A stretch of 64,000 nt of DNA, from the NCBI GenBank assembly GCA_049115495.1, contig JAGDZV010000001.1:705907-769906 (forward strand). The letters run 5' to 3'. The position numbers were made by a program, and so were the translations under genes. Below, one piece after another: positions 35,533-46,163 of this stretch (positions are counted from its first letter, which is position 1; the number at the start of each line of letters is the position of its first letter). This DNA comes from Bacteroidia bacterium (GTDB lineage Bacteria > Bacteroidota > Bacteroidia > CAILMK01 > JACPUW01). The notes under the pieces are model-generated. The model was not told the DNA's origin. It searched no databases and saw nothing but the letters and a program-made list of their open reading frames with translations.

Positions 35533-38500
35533 CTACTTCACCCTATTAAGCACAACAAACACCACTTCATCGTCTACCGATAACCTTGCAATGTGCACAC
35601 CGGCGGCTAATAACCCAAGCTCATTCTTTAGTTGGTAATCGTGTATTCCTGCACCTAGTTTTGAATTGACCAAGGTGTTCACTACCCTGCCGTGCATATC
35701 TACAAGCTCTAGCTTAACTTGAGCCGGCTCGTTAATTACGTAGCTCAATGTAAGTTGTTTACTAAACGGGTTTGGGTAAGCATTAAGACCGAACGACCGA
35801 TTTAGTTCACTAACGGAGTTTATTTTAATACTCTTATTCTTTGAAACTATACTACTGCAACTTGATGCATTGGTTGATGTGCAGGTGATGTTATAACCTC
35901 CCTCAGCAGCAAATGTGTGTGTGGCCACCGCTCCCCTTGCTGTTGCTCCATCGCCAAAACTCCAAATAAAGGAACTCAACGAAGTATCTACTTGGCTCCC
36001 TACCTCAAAATTGAAAGTAAGTCCGGTTAAATTGCTATACGTCCATTCAGGTAATGAAGGTGATTTGAGAATAGTAATACTCAAAGAATCTTTATCAGTA
36101 CATTCATATTTCGATGTTGCTTCTAACACGACATTATAAGTTCCGTAAGCACCGTAAATGTGCGTTGGATTTTGTGCCGTATTTGAATTATTATCACCAA
36201 ACTCCCATTTAAACTGAGCTGCATCTTCTGATTCATTCAAAAAGAAAATGGTGTCCTTCTCACAAAACCCGGTAAAATCAAACTTGGCTATAGGCTGCAA
36301 GTAGGAGCTGAATTCATATAATACAACATCATTATTTTTATTGGTATCTCTTGAATATTCAGTATGAATAGTAAGATCCTGTTTTCCTTCGCTTATAAAT
36401 TCAATTGGGTTATTTAAAGCTATCCGTATTTCATCCATTGGTTTTAAAACAAAGGCATTTGGCATATTCAGCCATTCATAATCTTTAGCACCATTAACAT
36501 CACTATTAACTTTTAAAGAATCAGCGCTATAAACAATGCTAGGACCTTCATTTCTTATGACTATAGCAATAGAATCTAGATTGCCAATTTTTCTACATGA
36601 ATCAAGGGGCCCTAATACTTCAACTATTTTAATGTCTTTCCTAATTTCATCGGCTCCAATATCAGGGTTTGTATTTGACCTTTTATCACCATCCTTATCA
36701 TGCGCAACGCCAAATGAACCACCGCTCGCCATCAATGAAACAGCACCTGCATGTAAATCATCAATAGAAGTGAAATAAGGCTGGTCTGAAATTGAATGTT
36801 GATTCTGATCAACTGAAATTGATTTGATTTGGGCTAAATCTGTTTGCACTCCATTAATTTGAGCAAGGTTTTTGGCCCGCGGTGCGTAGTAATCATTATA
36901 GTCAAACATGCCTTTCAGATAGATGCCACTTGACTCTATTATTGCTTCGCCTTTACCCAAGGACATAAAAATATTATTGGCAACTGCCCCATTTTCAATA
37001 TTTAATAAACTTGTTGCTGCGCTTAAACTTGTTGAATCTGTAACCAATACACTGTTGTGCAAAATATCAATGTACCTTGAGTTGTTGACTTCAAGAGCAG
37101 CTTTTGCACTTTGACTACCTGAGGCTATTAGAAAATTGTTTGCAATAACTGATGTATCAACCCCACTTGAGTTTTCGCCCTTAATGCTGATTGCTTGAGC
37201 GGTTGAATTAATTGAATTGGCAATAATGTGATTTGCCGCACCATCTTGAAAACTTAGTGCAAGGGCATCGTTCCTTTTAAGCCCTTTGATTTCATTATTA
37301 GTAAATTGAGTATGCGCAACATTTGTAAAGGAAGCACCGAACTTATGCTGCTCAAAGAAAACATTTACAGCAAACTCATTGCCTTCAAGCATTTTTTGGC
37401 CCGTGTTTCCCATAAAAACAACTCCATAATATCCACCAATTATTTGATTGTTTTGCACTTTGTTATTATTAACATTTTTTGTTTCAGTTAATTTATAATC
37501 AGAGCCGCTTGCCACTACCGCCGCATTGTTAAGGCTATTTGTACTTTTTGAAGCGATAAGCTTGCAGTTAGTAATGCTATTATGTTTTGAGTTGTTTGCA
37601 AAATAAACAGCTCTGCCATCAGCATTTGACGTAGTTTGTATAGTAAGACTATCAAAAGTGAAGTAACTTACATTGCCTAGTTTTAATGTATGCAAACCTT
37701 GTTTCCCGTTGTGGCTAAGTATGGTACTATCGCTTTGCCCCACTATTCTAATTTGTGTTGTGTCTGATACCCCGCTTATAAATGGAACATTAATTTGCCC
37801 CTGATAAAGTCCTTTTTGTAGCCTAATAGTTAATGGTTTTGATATACCTGAACACTCAAGGTACTCAAATGCTTCATTTAAAGTTTCAAAATTAGCATTC
37901 AGCTTGCCTACACTAATTACACTTTTCTTTTCATCGAGGCAAAGGCTTTTACAAAAATGTTCTCTAAGCCTATCAGGGTCACTGTTTCTAAACCTTTTTG
38001 TAATGGTTGCGCAAAGCTGATACCCATTGCCCGTTGTTACGGTATCAGGCCTAAACGGCGTATCAAAAACAAAACTTACTGTATCGCGACGCAGAACTGT
38101 GCCGGTTTTAAAACTTTGCTCAACTACCACACCGCTATCTACAGTATATGCGAGCGATATTTGGTCATTAAACCAAGTCTTAATTCCATCATTCTTAACC
38201 GTAACTCGTATTTTATTTTCTCCATATTTAAAAGAGCGTGGTGCAACATCAACAATATCTGCATCATATTCAATTATGGCAAACTCATAAGCACCTATAT
38301 CAAAGTTCTTATCTCCTTGTGCAGGTCTTTTGTTACCGTAAAAATCTTTGGCAAACTTGTTTTCATTATAACCAGTATTATCTAATTGCCTTGCCTTGGT
38401 TCTTAAATCACCAAAGTCAAAATAGCGTGGGTTAACTGAAATTGAATGAGAGTCTTTTCTCGATACATTTACATATGAGGCCAATGAAGAGTGGTTACTC

Positions 38501-41500
38501 CAAGCATAAATAAAATTGGTGCTATTTGGCGCGTAAAAGTTATTGTAGTCCATTTCTCCAGGGTCAACTGCTGACTTTGAAAAAGCAAAACCTTCAAATT
38601 CTCTGTAAATGCAATTATTTTTTATTATTCCTGTACCTTCAAGCCTAAATGCCGCGGCGCTAACGTGATTGGTAGTTTTGCTTTTATTCCAAATACTGTT
38701 ACCTATAACATAAGTATTGACACCATAATAGTATAGAGAATGAACATTTTGGTTTGATGAGCCCGAAATCATATTATTCACCACATATCCTGAATCAAAA
38801 TCAGCAAGATAGACTCCGTGTCCTTCTACAACCACTCTGTTTGAAGCCACTGAATCGCCCTCACTCTCAAATATGTAGAAACCATAGGCGATGTTCTGAT
38901 TAACAGAGTCAATATCGTTTCCTACAAAATATTGATGCCTATTTCTTCCTGAATAAAAAACGATTCCGTTTTGATTCCTGAAAACGTTATTTATAAATGA
39001 ATTATGCTGATCGCGCTTTTGCGGAGAACAAACCCAATAAACGCCACTTCCTCCTTCAAGCCTATTATTCTCAAAAGTATTGAAGCTACCATTTCTTTCT
39101 CCGAAAGCTTCAATAATATATCCGCTATTATTTGCCCCCTTACTCTTAAGCGTTGAGTTTTTTACGACATTACTATCGCTGTAATTCTCAAAAATAAAAA
39201 CTTCGCCATCAGCGGCAGTCGTTTCTAACATTAGGCTATCGAAAATGAAGTGTTTAGCCCCATTTAGCTTAAAAGTAGTCTTGGTAACTTTTGAATTATT
39301 TGTAACTACACTACTTTGCCCAGCTCCTACAATGGTAACTGTGTTTCTGTAAGAAGCCCCCCTTATAAACCCCATTTTAACAAAATCATGAATACTATCT
39401 CTAGCAACTCTTATAGTGGTTGGCTGAGACAATCCTGAGCAGCTTAGATGATTAATGGCGTATGATAATTTTTTAAAGTCGGCACCAGAACTGCCAACCG
39501 TAATCACTGGGTTAATAAATTCAGAGCATATTGAATCGCAAAAAACATCACCTAAAGCGTCGGGGTCTTCTCCCCTAAAAGGTTTAGTAAATCTTATGCA
39601 TACCTTTCGCTTTTTTGCTTTCCCAATGAGGTAATATGGTAAAGTAAAGCTAAACTGCACAGTACTATCAGGCTTTACTATACCCGTTACTATGGTATCT
39701 TTCACGGCTGCTGCCGAATCAATCGCATATTCAACAAAAATGCTATCACTGTTCCAAGTTTTAGTTCCGTAATTTTCAATTACAACACCTATCGTATTAT
39801 TTCCCCTTGTTAAGTACTTATTTTCAATATCAACTATATCAGCGTCCCAAGGATATATATAGTACTCATCAGCGCCTATATCATAAGTAGAATCAAGCTT
39901 AATAGGCCTACTTTCTCCATCAAAATCAGACTTTAAAACACTCAGGTTTTTCCCCTTATTGTTTAGGTTATAACTTATGGTATGTAAATCTCTATCGCCA
40001 AAAAACTCGGGATTCACACTCAGTGAATGTTGATTTTGTGTTGAATCATCTTGTTGCCAATCTGCAATGGTTTTATAGCCTTCTCCATTCAAACGCGCCA
40101 AATAACTTCCATTAATACTGTAGTAGTTGTTATGGTCTATATAGCCATTTCTTAAGTCTCTGATAGTTGCATAAACTGGAAAACTATTTTGGCTTACTAT
40201 AATGTTATTTTGGATTTTTAAATCGCTAACTGATTCTTTATAAAGAGTTGTTTCAAATAACATGGTTGAGTTAGACAGTGTAACTCTTGGGCTCCTTGAA
40301 AAAAGACTGTTTCCAAGAAAATGCATTTGCTTTATTCTATCGCCATAAATGGTATTGCTTTTACCGTTTTGTTGACCTGACATCATATTGTTCATTACAT
40401 AAGATGTGTCGTAATCCCAATCTTGGTTTGCTCTGAGAAAGAACATTCCATAATTTGGTGTAAATACGGTATTGCCGCATAAACTGTCAGCGGCATTCTC
40501 CCTGCTATATATGCCAATTCCATCATCATGGGCAAGGCTATCTATTGTATTACCGATAATGCGCATACCATGGCAATGCATATAATAAATACTGTAAGCC
40601 AACTGATTATAAAACTCATTATGTTGAATCCAAAATCTAGTATTTGCAGGTTTTGATTTTGAATACCCCCTTATGTATAGCCCGTAATACCCGCCTGATA
40701 TCTTGTTGCCAATTAATTTAAAGTTTCTAATGGTTCTTTGATGTCCATCACCTCCGGTTGACGAGCCAGAAATATGAACCCCCGCAATAACACTTCTATT
40801 TATGGTCGGATTAACAAGATCGGCTGAAATATTGCAGTTTGTTACTGCATTATAATTTGAGTTTCTTTCTACCCAAATTACGCGACCGCCATTAGTGTTT
40901 GTGTTTTTAATGGCTAAGCTATCAATTGTATAAAAACTTGCGTATCTAAATGTTAAGGTAAAGTTTGCGGAGCTCGTAAGAACGGTTGAATCGGCTCCTG
41001 CTCCAACTATACGTATTGTATTTTCTTTGCTTGCTCCCCTAATTGGGTTTAGAATTACCTGTTCTTTATAAACACCTGGTTTTACCCTTATAGTTACTGG
41101 GCCGCACATGCCATTAATTCTTAGGCTGTCAATAGCCATATCTACTGAAGTAAAATCGGCACCGCTTGAACCAACGGTATAAAGCCCACTCATTGAGCTT
41201 GGTTTGTCAATTATAACTTCAAGGGTATCGTTGTAGCGAGATGAATCTAGAGTTCCATTAACAGAATCAATATAAATTTTGAAGGTGTCGTTAATGGCTT
41301 TAGAAAATGTATGATTCCCAATAAAAACAGAAGCCTTTTCTCCAGGTAAAATATTTGAATTAAAAACTGCAGAAGGCTGTTGAACGCCATTTATACTCCA
41401 CGAAATTTTACCCTTAGCAATTGTATTATTTCCTACATTGCTTAAAACTACGTTTACCGGAGAAGTTCCTACACAGCTAGGTTCAATTGATAATATACCT

Positions 41501-42129
41501 GCATTATTACCTAATTCTTCAACAATGCTTATATCATCAATACTAAATTCATTTGGTTCATTTTTGTCATATTCTAGCACTTGTGTAAATCGCAATTGAA
41601 AATTACTTCCTACGTCTTGATTATTCACGCGCAATATTGAGTCAATATCAACCTCTACCTTTTGCCAACCAGCGGTTCTATTTATATCTGTATTGCAAAC
41701 GGCAATCCAGTTGAATGTATCGTTTCCTCTAATCCAAACCTTATTCATAGAGTCAGAATTGGCGTTTCCGTTTAAATACCAAAAACTCAACTTTAGCTGA
41801 GATGAATCGTAATCACTTAAATCATGAGTAAATACTAATGAATTACTAGACTTGCCAGCTGGAATATTGGCCATAAATACATCGAAAGTGCCCGATCTAG
41901 AACCTGTACGATAAAAATCTTGACCTGGGGTAAAATACAGTCGCCCCATATTGTTGGTATTAAACTGCACATTGCTTAGGCCGTTTATATAGGATGTATT
42001 TGAAGCAACCGATTTAGCGGTTGTGTTTTCAAACCCTTCATACCAAGGCAAAGTGTTTTGCGCCTTAAGCGGGGTAACGATAAAAAAAATGCAAAAAACT
42101 ATAACTAATGACTGAAAAATTCTACTCAT
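35533..42129 (-). CDS. 2198-aa secreted T9SS cargo protein: three tandem beta-helix + Ig-like modules, two PKD domains, Por_Secre_tail CTD
   Basis: Signal peptide. Three ~450-aa modules start (Y/I)TVGSSGADF...TIRV and end with DIGA(D/Y)E plus a CARDB-like segment (YDIGADEYYIYPWDADIVD / FDIGAYEFAIIEYDADIVD / NPDIGADEIRKDIKIVE). Two PKD domains follow (WEFGDNNSNTAQNPTHIYGAYGTYNV; WSFGDGATARGAVATHTF). The C-terminus is a T9SS sorting domain (LNAYPNPFSKQLTLSY...). Confidence 0.7.
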   Translation of the reverse strand: MSRIFQSLVIVFCIFFIVTPLKAQNTLPWYEGFENTTAKSVASNTSYINGLSNVQFNTNNMGRLYFTPGQDFYRTGSRSGTFDVFMANIPAGKSSNSLVFTHDLSDYDSSQLKLSFWYLNGNANSDSMNKVWIRGNDTFNWIAVCNTDINRTAGWQKVEVDIDSILRVNNQDVGSNFQLRFTQVLEYDKNEPNEFSIDDISIVEELGNNAGILSIEPSCVGTSPVNVVLSNVGNNTIAKGKISWSINGVQQPSAVFNSNILPGEKASVFIGNHTFSKAINDTFKIYIDSVNGTLDSSRYNDTLEVIIDKPSSMSGLYTVGSSGADFTSVDMAIDSLRINGMCGPVTIRVKPGVYKEQVILNPIRGASKENTIRIVGAGADSTVLTSSANFTLTFRYASFYTIDSLAIKNTNTNGGRVIWVERNSNYNAVTNCNISADLVNPTINRSVIAGVHISGSSTGGDGHQRTIRNFKLIGNKISGGYYGLYIRGYSKSKPANTRFWIQHNEFYNQLAYSIYYMHCHGMRIIGNTIDSLAHDDGIGIYSRENAADSLCGNTVFTPNYGMFFLRANQDWDYDTSYVMNNMMSGQQNGKSNTIYGDRIKQMHFLGNSLFSRSPRVTLSNSTMLFETTLYKESVSDLKIQNNIIVSQNSFPVYATIRDLRNGYIDHNNYYSINGSYLARLNGEGYKTIADWQQDDSTQNQHSLSVNPEFFGDRDLHTISYNLNNKGKNLSVLKSDFDGESRPIKLDSTYDIGADEYYIYPWDADIVDIENKYLTRGNNTIGVVIENYGTKTWNSDSIFVEYAIDSAAAVKDTIVTGIVKPDSTVQFSFTLPYYLIGKAKKRKVCIRFTKPFRGEDPDALGDVFCDSICSEFINPVITVGSSGADFKKLSYAINHLSCSGLSQPTTIRVARDSIHDFVKMGFIRGASYRNTVTIVGAGQSSVVTNNSKVTKTTFKLNGAKHFIFDSLMLETTAADGEVFIFENYSDSNVVKNSTLKSKGANNSGYIIEAFGERNGSFNTFENNRLEGGSGVYWVCSPQKRDQHNSFINNVFRNQNGIVFYSGRNRHQYFVGNDIDSVNQNIAYGFYIFESEGDSVASNRVVVEGHGVYLADFDSGYVVNNMISGSSNQNVHSLYYYGVNTYVIGNSIWNKSKTTNHVSAAAFRLEGTGIIKNNCIYREFEGFAFSKSAVDPGEMDYNNFYAPNSTNFIYAWSNHSSLASYVNVSRKDSHSISVNPRYFDFGDLRTKARQLDNTGYNENKFAKDFYGNKRPAQGDKNFDIGAYEFAIIEYDADIVDVAPRSFKYGENKIRVTVKNDGIKTWFNDQISLAYTVDSGVVVEQSFKTGTVLRRDTVSFVFDTPFRPDTVTTGNGYQLCATITKRFRNSDPDRLREHFCKSLCLDEKKSVISVGKLNANFETLNEAFEYLECSGISKPLTIRLQKGLYQGQINVPFISGVSDTTQIRIVGQSDSTILSHNGKQGLHTLKLGNVSYFTFDSLTIQTTSNADGRAVYFANNSKHNSITNCKLIASKSTNSLNNAAVVASGSDYKLTETKNVNNNKVQNNQIIGGYYGVVFMGNTGQKMLEGNEFAVNVFFEQHKFGASFTNVAHTQFTNNEIKGLKRNDALALSFQDGAANHIIANSINSTAQAISIKGENSSGVDTSVIANNFLIASGSQSAKAALEVNNSRYIDILHNSVLVTDSTSLSAATSLLNIENGAVANNIFMSLGKGEAIIESSGIYLKGMFDYNDYYAPRAKNLAQINGVQTDLAQIKSISVDQNQHSISDQPYFTSIDDLHAGAVSLMASGGSFGVAHDKDGDKRSNTNPDIGADEIRKDIKIVEVLGPLDSCRKIGNLDSIAIVIRNEGPSIVYSADSLKVNSDVNGAKDYEWLNMPNAFVLKPMDEIRIALNNPIEFISEGKQDLTIHTEYSRDTNKNNDVVLYEFSSYLQPIAKFDFTGFCEKDTIFFLNESEDAAQFKWEFGDNNSNTAQNPTHIYGAYGTYNVVLEATSKYECTDKDSLSITILKSPSLPEWTYSNLTGLTFNFEVGSQVDTSLSSFIWSFGDGATARGAVATHTFAAEGGYNITCTSTNASSCSSIVSKNKSIKINSVSELNRSFGLNAYPNPFSKQLTLSYVINEPAQVKLELVDMHGRVVNTLVNSKLGAGIHDYQLKNELGLLAAGVHIARLSVDDEVVFVVLNRVK

Positions 42130-42470
42130 TGCCTTAACTCTTTATACGGATTCATTTTTAACATAGCTCCATCTACCCTTATAAATCCAAGCAAGTAGAT
42201 TTTACTTTCCCCAAACTAAAAAAAGTAAAACTCTTTTGATATTGGGAGGATTCACTTCGATATGATTTTTGCCCACAACAAGTATATTAACTTTTTCCCA
42301 ATTGTCAAATTCCACCCAAATTTTGACATCATCCACCCTATGGAATCTTTTTTATGCACCGCATCTGTATCTTTTATTTTGTTCCCATTTACTCTTGATT
42401 ATAAAAAAAATAACTTCTTGGGATAAACTAAGACTTAAAATAACCTTTAAAAATTCAATAGCTCAATACT

Positions 42471-44276
42471 TTAGCTAAGACTCTTCTCGTAAGCTTTTAT
42501 ATAATGACCAATCAGATTGCTCCAATCAAAGCGTTCAGAGAATTCTTCTAATCGTGTTTTGTATTCTAGCCTTGCTCGGCGACTACCTTTCGTAAAGTTT
42601 AAAAGATACTTGGCCAAATTCTCAGCGGCTTTTTCATCATCTTCTCCTCTTCTTTTGGTTACATGTAGACCAAGATCTTCATGATCTGCATCCATATCGG
42701 TTACAAAGTTTCCGAAACCTGAAAGATCGGATGTTACTGTAGGAACTCCACGAGCAATACACTCAAGAGGGGTATATCCCCAAGGCTCGTAATAACTCGG
42801 AAAAACACCTAAATGGCAACCACGAACAAATTCATCATAATCAAAACCGAAAAGGGGGTTTGTACTCTCGATAAAATCCGGGTGATAAACAACTTTAACC
42901 TTATCTAATGGGCTGTTGAGCAAACGATTATCTCTTAAATAATTAAGCACTTCATCATTCACGTCATCTTTAAGATTGTGCGTAACTATTATTGGCCATT
43001 CTTTCCCTTTCCAGTTCTGTAGTGTTCTCCTATATCGTAGTTTCCAATAATCATCTACCAAATCGTTCAACTCTGGAAGTCGATGGTCTTCGTCATCGCC
43101 CACCGCTTTATAAATAAGCCTTTGCTTAATCTGTTTAATGATTTGATCGCATGTTCTATCGATTTCTTCCATTACACCACGGCCTTCAAGCACATTGGGA
43201 TTTATACTCCAAGTGGGCTTTTTGGTAATCATAAAGAAAACAACCGTTCGGTCTACGTTTTCCTTAATCATATATTCATTAAGCCGTTTCAATGCATCAA
43301 GGGTAACATCATAACCTTTATTCCTATACTCATATCTACCTGAAGAAAACAAGTAAATTGTTTTATCTAAGTCAAAAGCGTAACTCTGAAAAAAGTGCCC
43401 CATGGTAAACCTATGAATCTTCGTTTTAGCTTCAATGTGCTTATTCTGAATTTCATAGTTAGCTAGATAACGTCTGATATTCAACCCATTTGGCGTAACC
43501 ACATCAGCTTTTAGACCGTATAGACTACCAAATTCATCAGATGTTAATGAGCTTACAGTAGTAAAAATATCGGCATTCTTTGCCCCTTGATATTCTAGAC
43601 TTACTTGACTAAATATTCCATAATTCCTGCTTTCTTGTCTCCAATCATAGCTATCAATTATATCGTAATAATTGGGCGTATTTGATGCTAAATACCTCCC
43701 TAAGAGCGTAGCATGTGTGGTAAAAACAGTTTTTACCGTGCTCTTTTTCATTTTAAGTTGAAGCAATGCTGGGGCCGTCATCCACTCGTGAAACTGAGCA
43801 ATTAGTGAATTACCTTTTGAAGTAACCTCTTCATTTGTAACGGTTAGAAATGTTTGAACTACATCTCCAAAAAGCAACATTTTTCTGGCCAGCTCATCTG
43901 CGGTAGAATAGTCAATATCAAAGCCTTCACTTAAGGCCTTTTCAATATTATCCATTCTATTAAAGGCAAAATCAGGATTTATAAGTACCACTTTTGGCCT
44001 ACCCGAAACCAGCCACCTACCGTAAACCACTTCATAACCCATGTTTCTAAGCCTTTGAACCGATTTAGAAATTTCATCAGTATCTGTATGAATCTCTTCA
44101 ATCTCGGCCATTATATTTCTATCTACATAAGGGCCAATTAAGAAGAAATTATCACCAAAAGCTTTCACCATTTCAGGCAATTTTGAGCGTATAACGGTAT
44201 AAATTCCGCCTTGCTGATTACATACCTCCCATGATATTTCTGCGAGAAAAGACGCCTTCAACTGATTTGATAACAT
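42471..44276 (-). CDS. glycogen synthase, GT3 (eukaryote-type) family
   Basis: Near-identical blocks to animal/fungal glycogen synthase: SWEVCNQQGGIYTVI, FHEWM, TTHATLLGRYL, VTPNGLN, VRGCHLGVFPSYYEPWGYTPLEC. Confidence 0.8.
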   Translation of the reverse strand: MLSNQLKASFLAEISWEVCNQQGGIYTVIRSKLPEMVKAFGDNFFLIGPYVDRNIMAEIEEIHTDTDEISKSVQRLRNMGYEVVYGRWLVSGRPKVVLINPDFAFNRMDNIEKALSEGFDIDYSTADELARKMLLFGDVVQTFLTVTNEEVTSKGNSLIAQFHEWMTAPALLQLKMKKSTVKTVFTTHATLLGRYLASNTPNYYDIIDSYDWRQESRNYGIFSQVSLEYQGAKNADIFTTVSSLTSDEFGSLYGLKADVVTPNGLNIRRYLANYEIQNKHIEAKTKIHRFTMGHFFQSYAFDLDKTIYLFSSGRYEYRNKGYDVTLDALKRLNEYMIKENVDRTVVFFMITKKPTWSINPNVLEGRGVMEEIDRTCDQIIKQIKQRLIYKAVGDDEDHRLPELNDLVDDYWKLRYRRTLQNWKGKEWPIIVTHNLKDDVNDEVLNYLRDNRLLNSPLDKVKVVYHPDFIESTNPLFGFDYDEFVRGCHLGVFPSYYEPWGYTPLECIARGVPTVTSDLSGFGNFVTDMDADHEDLGLHVTKRRGEDDEKAAENLAKYLLNFTKGSRRARLEYKTRLEEFSERFDWSNLIGHYIKAYEKSLS

Positions 44277-44339
44277 GCCTATGAAATTTGTCGCAAGTTA
44301 ACTTTGGATGTGCTTCCTTTTATGATCAAAAGCTACTAA

Positions 44340-44372
44340 AAACGAAAAAGCATCCCTCTCGAGATGCTTTCC
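44340..44372 (-). terminator. rho-independent terminator
   Basis: On the minus strand AAGCATCTCGAGAGGGATGCTT is followed by TTTCGTTTTT, downstream of gene 44394-45251. Confidence 0.45.
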
Positions 44373-44393
44373 CAATATTTGTCCGCGAAATGA

Positions 44394-45251
44394 TTAAAAA
44401 ACTTCTTCTAAAAACGCCATAAGCTTTGCCCATGATCTTTGATCAACATCGGCATTATAGGCCAAGGGCAAATCAAATTGCGCTCCTTTTTCCGTTGCCG
44501 CCGGATTAGTAAATGCGTGCACAGCACCCTCGTAATTAACAAACTCGTAGTCTACCTGTGCTGAATCCATTTCAGCTTTAAAGCTTGTTATAGCATCGGC
44601 ACTTACAAAAGGATCGTCAGCCCCGTTCATTACAAGCACTTTTCCTTTTACCGAACCAGGAGTCGCTTTTTCTATAGCACCAATGCTACCATGAAATGTG
44701 GCTACAGCATCAAGATCAGCTTGTTGTCTTGCCATGTTTAATACCACACCTCCACCAAAACAATAACCAATAGCACCTATTTGATCGGCATTACACATTT
44801 CTGTATTTCTAAGTACATCTAAAGCCGCGTTAAACCTTTCTTTAGCTCCCGCAAAATCATTCATAACGGCACCAGCAAAAGGGCCAGCATCTTTTGGATG
44901 TTCTGCTTTTTTACCATTACCATACATATCAAGTGCAAAAGCTATATAACCTTGTTTGGCTAGTTTTTCGGCAACAGCTCTAGAGTGTTCGTTGTGGCCC
45001 CACCACTCATGTACCACCAAAATACCAGGACGCTTTGTTGCAAGATTTTTGTTATAGGCCAAATAACCTTTCATTATTATACTATCGCCTTCATAACTTA
45101 TCTCTTCTCCTATTACCATTGGTTCAGAGCGCTCTACTTTTTCAGCGCTTTCGCTTTCTTCATTAACACTTTTATCAATTTGATTGATAGCAGTTGAACC
45201 ACAACTACTGAAGAATAAGGCAACCGCAATAATTAAAGTTAGGAATTTCAT
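44394..45251 (-). CDS. dienelactone hydrolase-family lipoprotein
   Basis: Lipobox (FFSSCG), an alpha/beta-hydrolase nucleophile elbow (GAIGYCFGG) and VVHEWWGHN, typical of DLH-family proteins. Confidence 0.65.
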   Translation of the reverse strand: MKFLTLIIAVALFFSSCGSTAINQIDKSVNEESESAEKVERSEPMVIGEEISYEGDSIIMKGYLAYNKNLATKRPGILVVHEWWGHNEHSRAVAEKLAKQGYIAFALDMYGNGKKAEHPKDAGPFAGAVMNDFAGAKERFNAALDVLRNTEMCNADQIGAIGYCFGGGVVLNMARQQADLDAVATFHGSIGAIEKATPGSVKGKVLVMNGADDPFVSADAITSFKAEMDSAQVDYEFVNYEGAVHAFTNPAATEKGAQFDLPLAYNADVDQRSWAKLMAFLEEVF

Positions 45252-45638
45252 GTTTGGTTGTTTGGGTAAGAAACAAGGTGATGGGCATTATGTTTTAGAA
45301 TAGCAGGTATTTGTGAATGAGCGGCGCTGCCAAATGGTAGCCTCTTTTAATTATTAATTAATGTCCAGCTTTGAACCAAGGAGCCAATGAATGCATTTTG
45401 GGTTTCAATTTCTCACCCTTTGAATTCAAAGAAGAGCCTTACCTAAAATAGACATAGGAAGCGAAATATGCATTGCTGAAAGTAATGATAAGGCGTGATT
45501 ATGGAAACATTTTGACTAAAAACCAAAATATGCGCTCAACCTCAAATAATTCCGCTACCAAACATTTGATTTCCTTTTAACCCTTATTTGTAGTTAGTTT
45601 AAAATGCTACTTTTAATATCGTGGCAAATCTTTTATAA

Positions 45639-46163
45639 ATGAGAATTTTAGTAAGCACCTTATTCATATTTATTTGTCAATTGGTTTTTGGCCAAACTAC
45701 AGTGAAAGAATTTGTAGGAAACTACGACGATACACGTTCATTCTTTCTATATCAAAGTACACTAAGAAGTTTTAGCGATGTAACTAGTGATGAGTTTAAC
45801 AAACTAATTAGAGACGTAGACAAAATCTCAATTCATATTTTACCTCAAAATGGAGTTTCTGAAGGTGAAATAGACGATTTAATTTTAAAATTAGAAAACG
45901 CAGGTCTTAAAGAAATGAAAAGCATATCAAAAAGAGCTGAAGGGGCTTCTTTCTACACTTCTACAGGAAAAAACTCACCTTTAACAGTGGGTGTTTTTTA
46001 TAGAGAAGGAATGGCGGGCGTGGTGCAGCTAGACGGCGAAATTGACATGAAATATGTGGCCGCGCTAAAAGATGTAAATCCCGAAAAAGTTAGCACCTTC
46101 TTTGGTTTTGAGCAGCTTAAAGAAGAATTTGAAAACAACCGAACCGAAGAAGAAAATGAGTAA
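45639..46163 (+). CDS. hypothetical secreted protein (DUF4252-like)
   Basis: 174 aa with a signal peptide. Size and pattern resemble the small secreted DUF4252 proteins common in Bacteroidetes. Confidence 0.4.
   Translation: MRILVSTLFIFICQLVFGQTTVKEFVGNYDDTRSFFLYQSTLRSFSDVTSDEFNKLIRDVDKISIHILPQNGVSEGEIDDLILKLENAGLKEMKSISKRAEGASFYTSTGKNSPLTVGVFYREGMAGVVQLDGEIDMKYVAALKDVNPEKVSTFFGFEQLKEEFENNRTEEENE

Noticed and set aside
35915-38435. Several 60-140-aa plus-strand ORFs inside the 2198-aa T9SS gene. Similar antisense ORFs occur inside most large genes, e.g. 15266-15505, 20225-20488, 54530-54955.
   Set aside because: They are antisense to strongly supported long genes, they lack motifs, and their composition mirrors the sense-strand codon bias. 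They were treated as spurious.
46102-46158. Longer N-terminus (MVLSSLKKNLKTTEPKKK...) for the ABC ATPase, overlapping the upstream gene by 60 nt.
   Set aside because: The internal ATG at 46159 (MSNVLETF) directly overlaps the upstream stop in an ATGA arrangement. It also gives the canonical distance to the Walker A motif.
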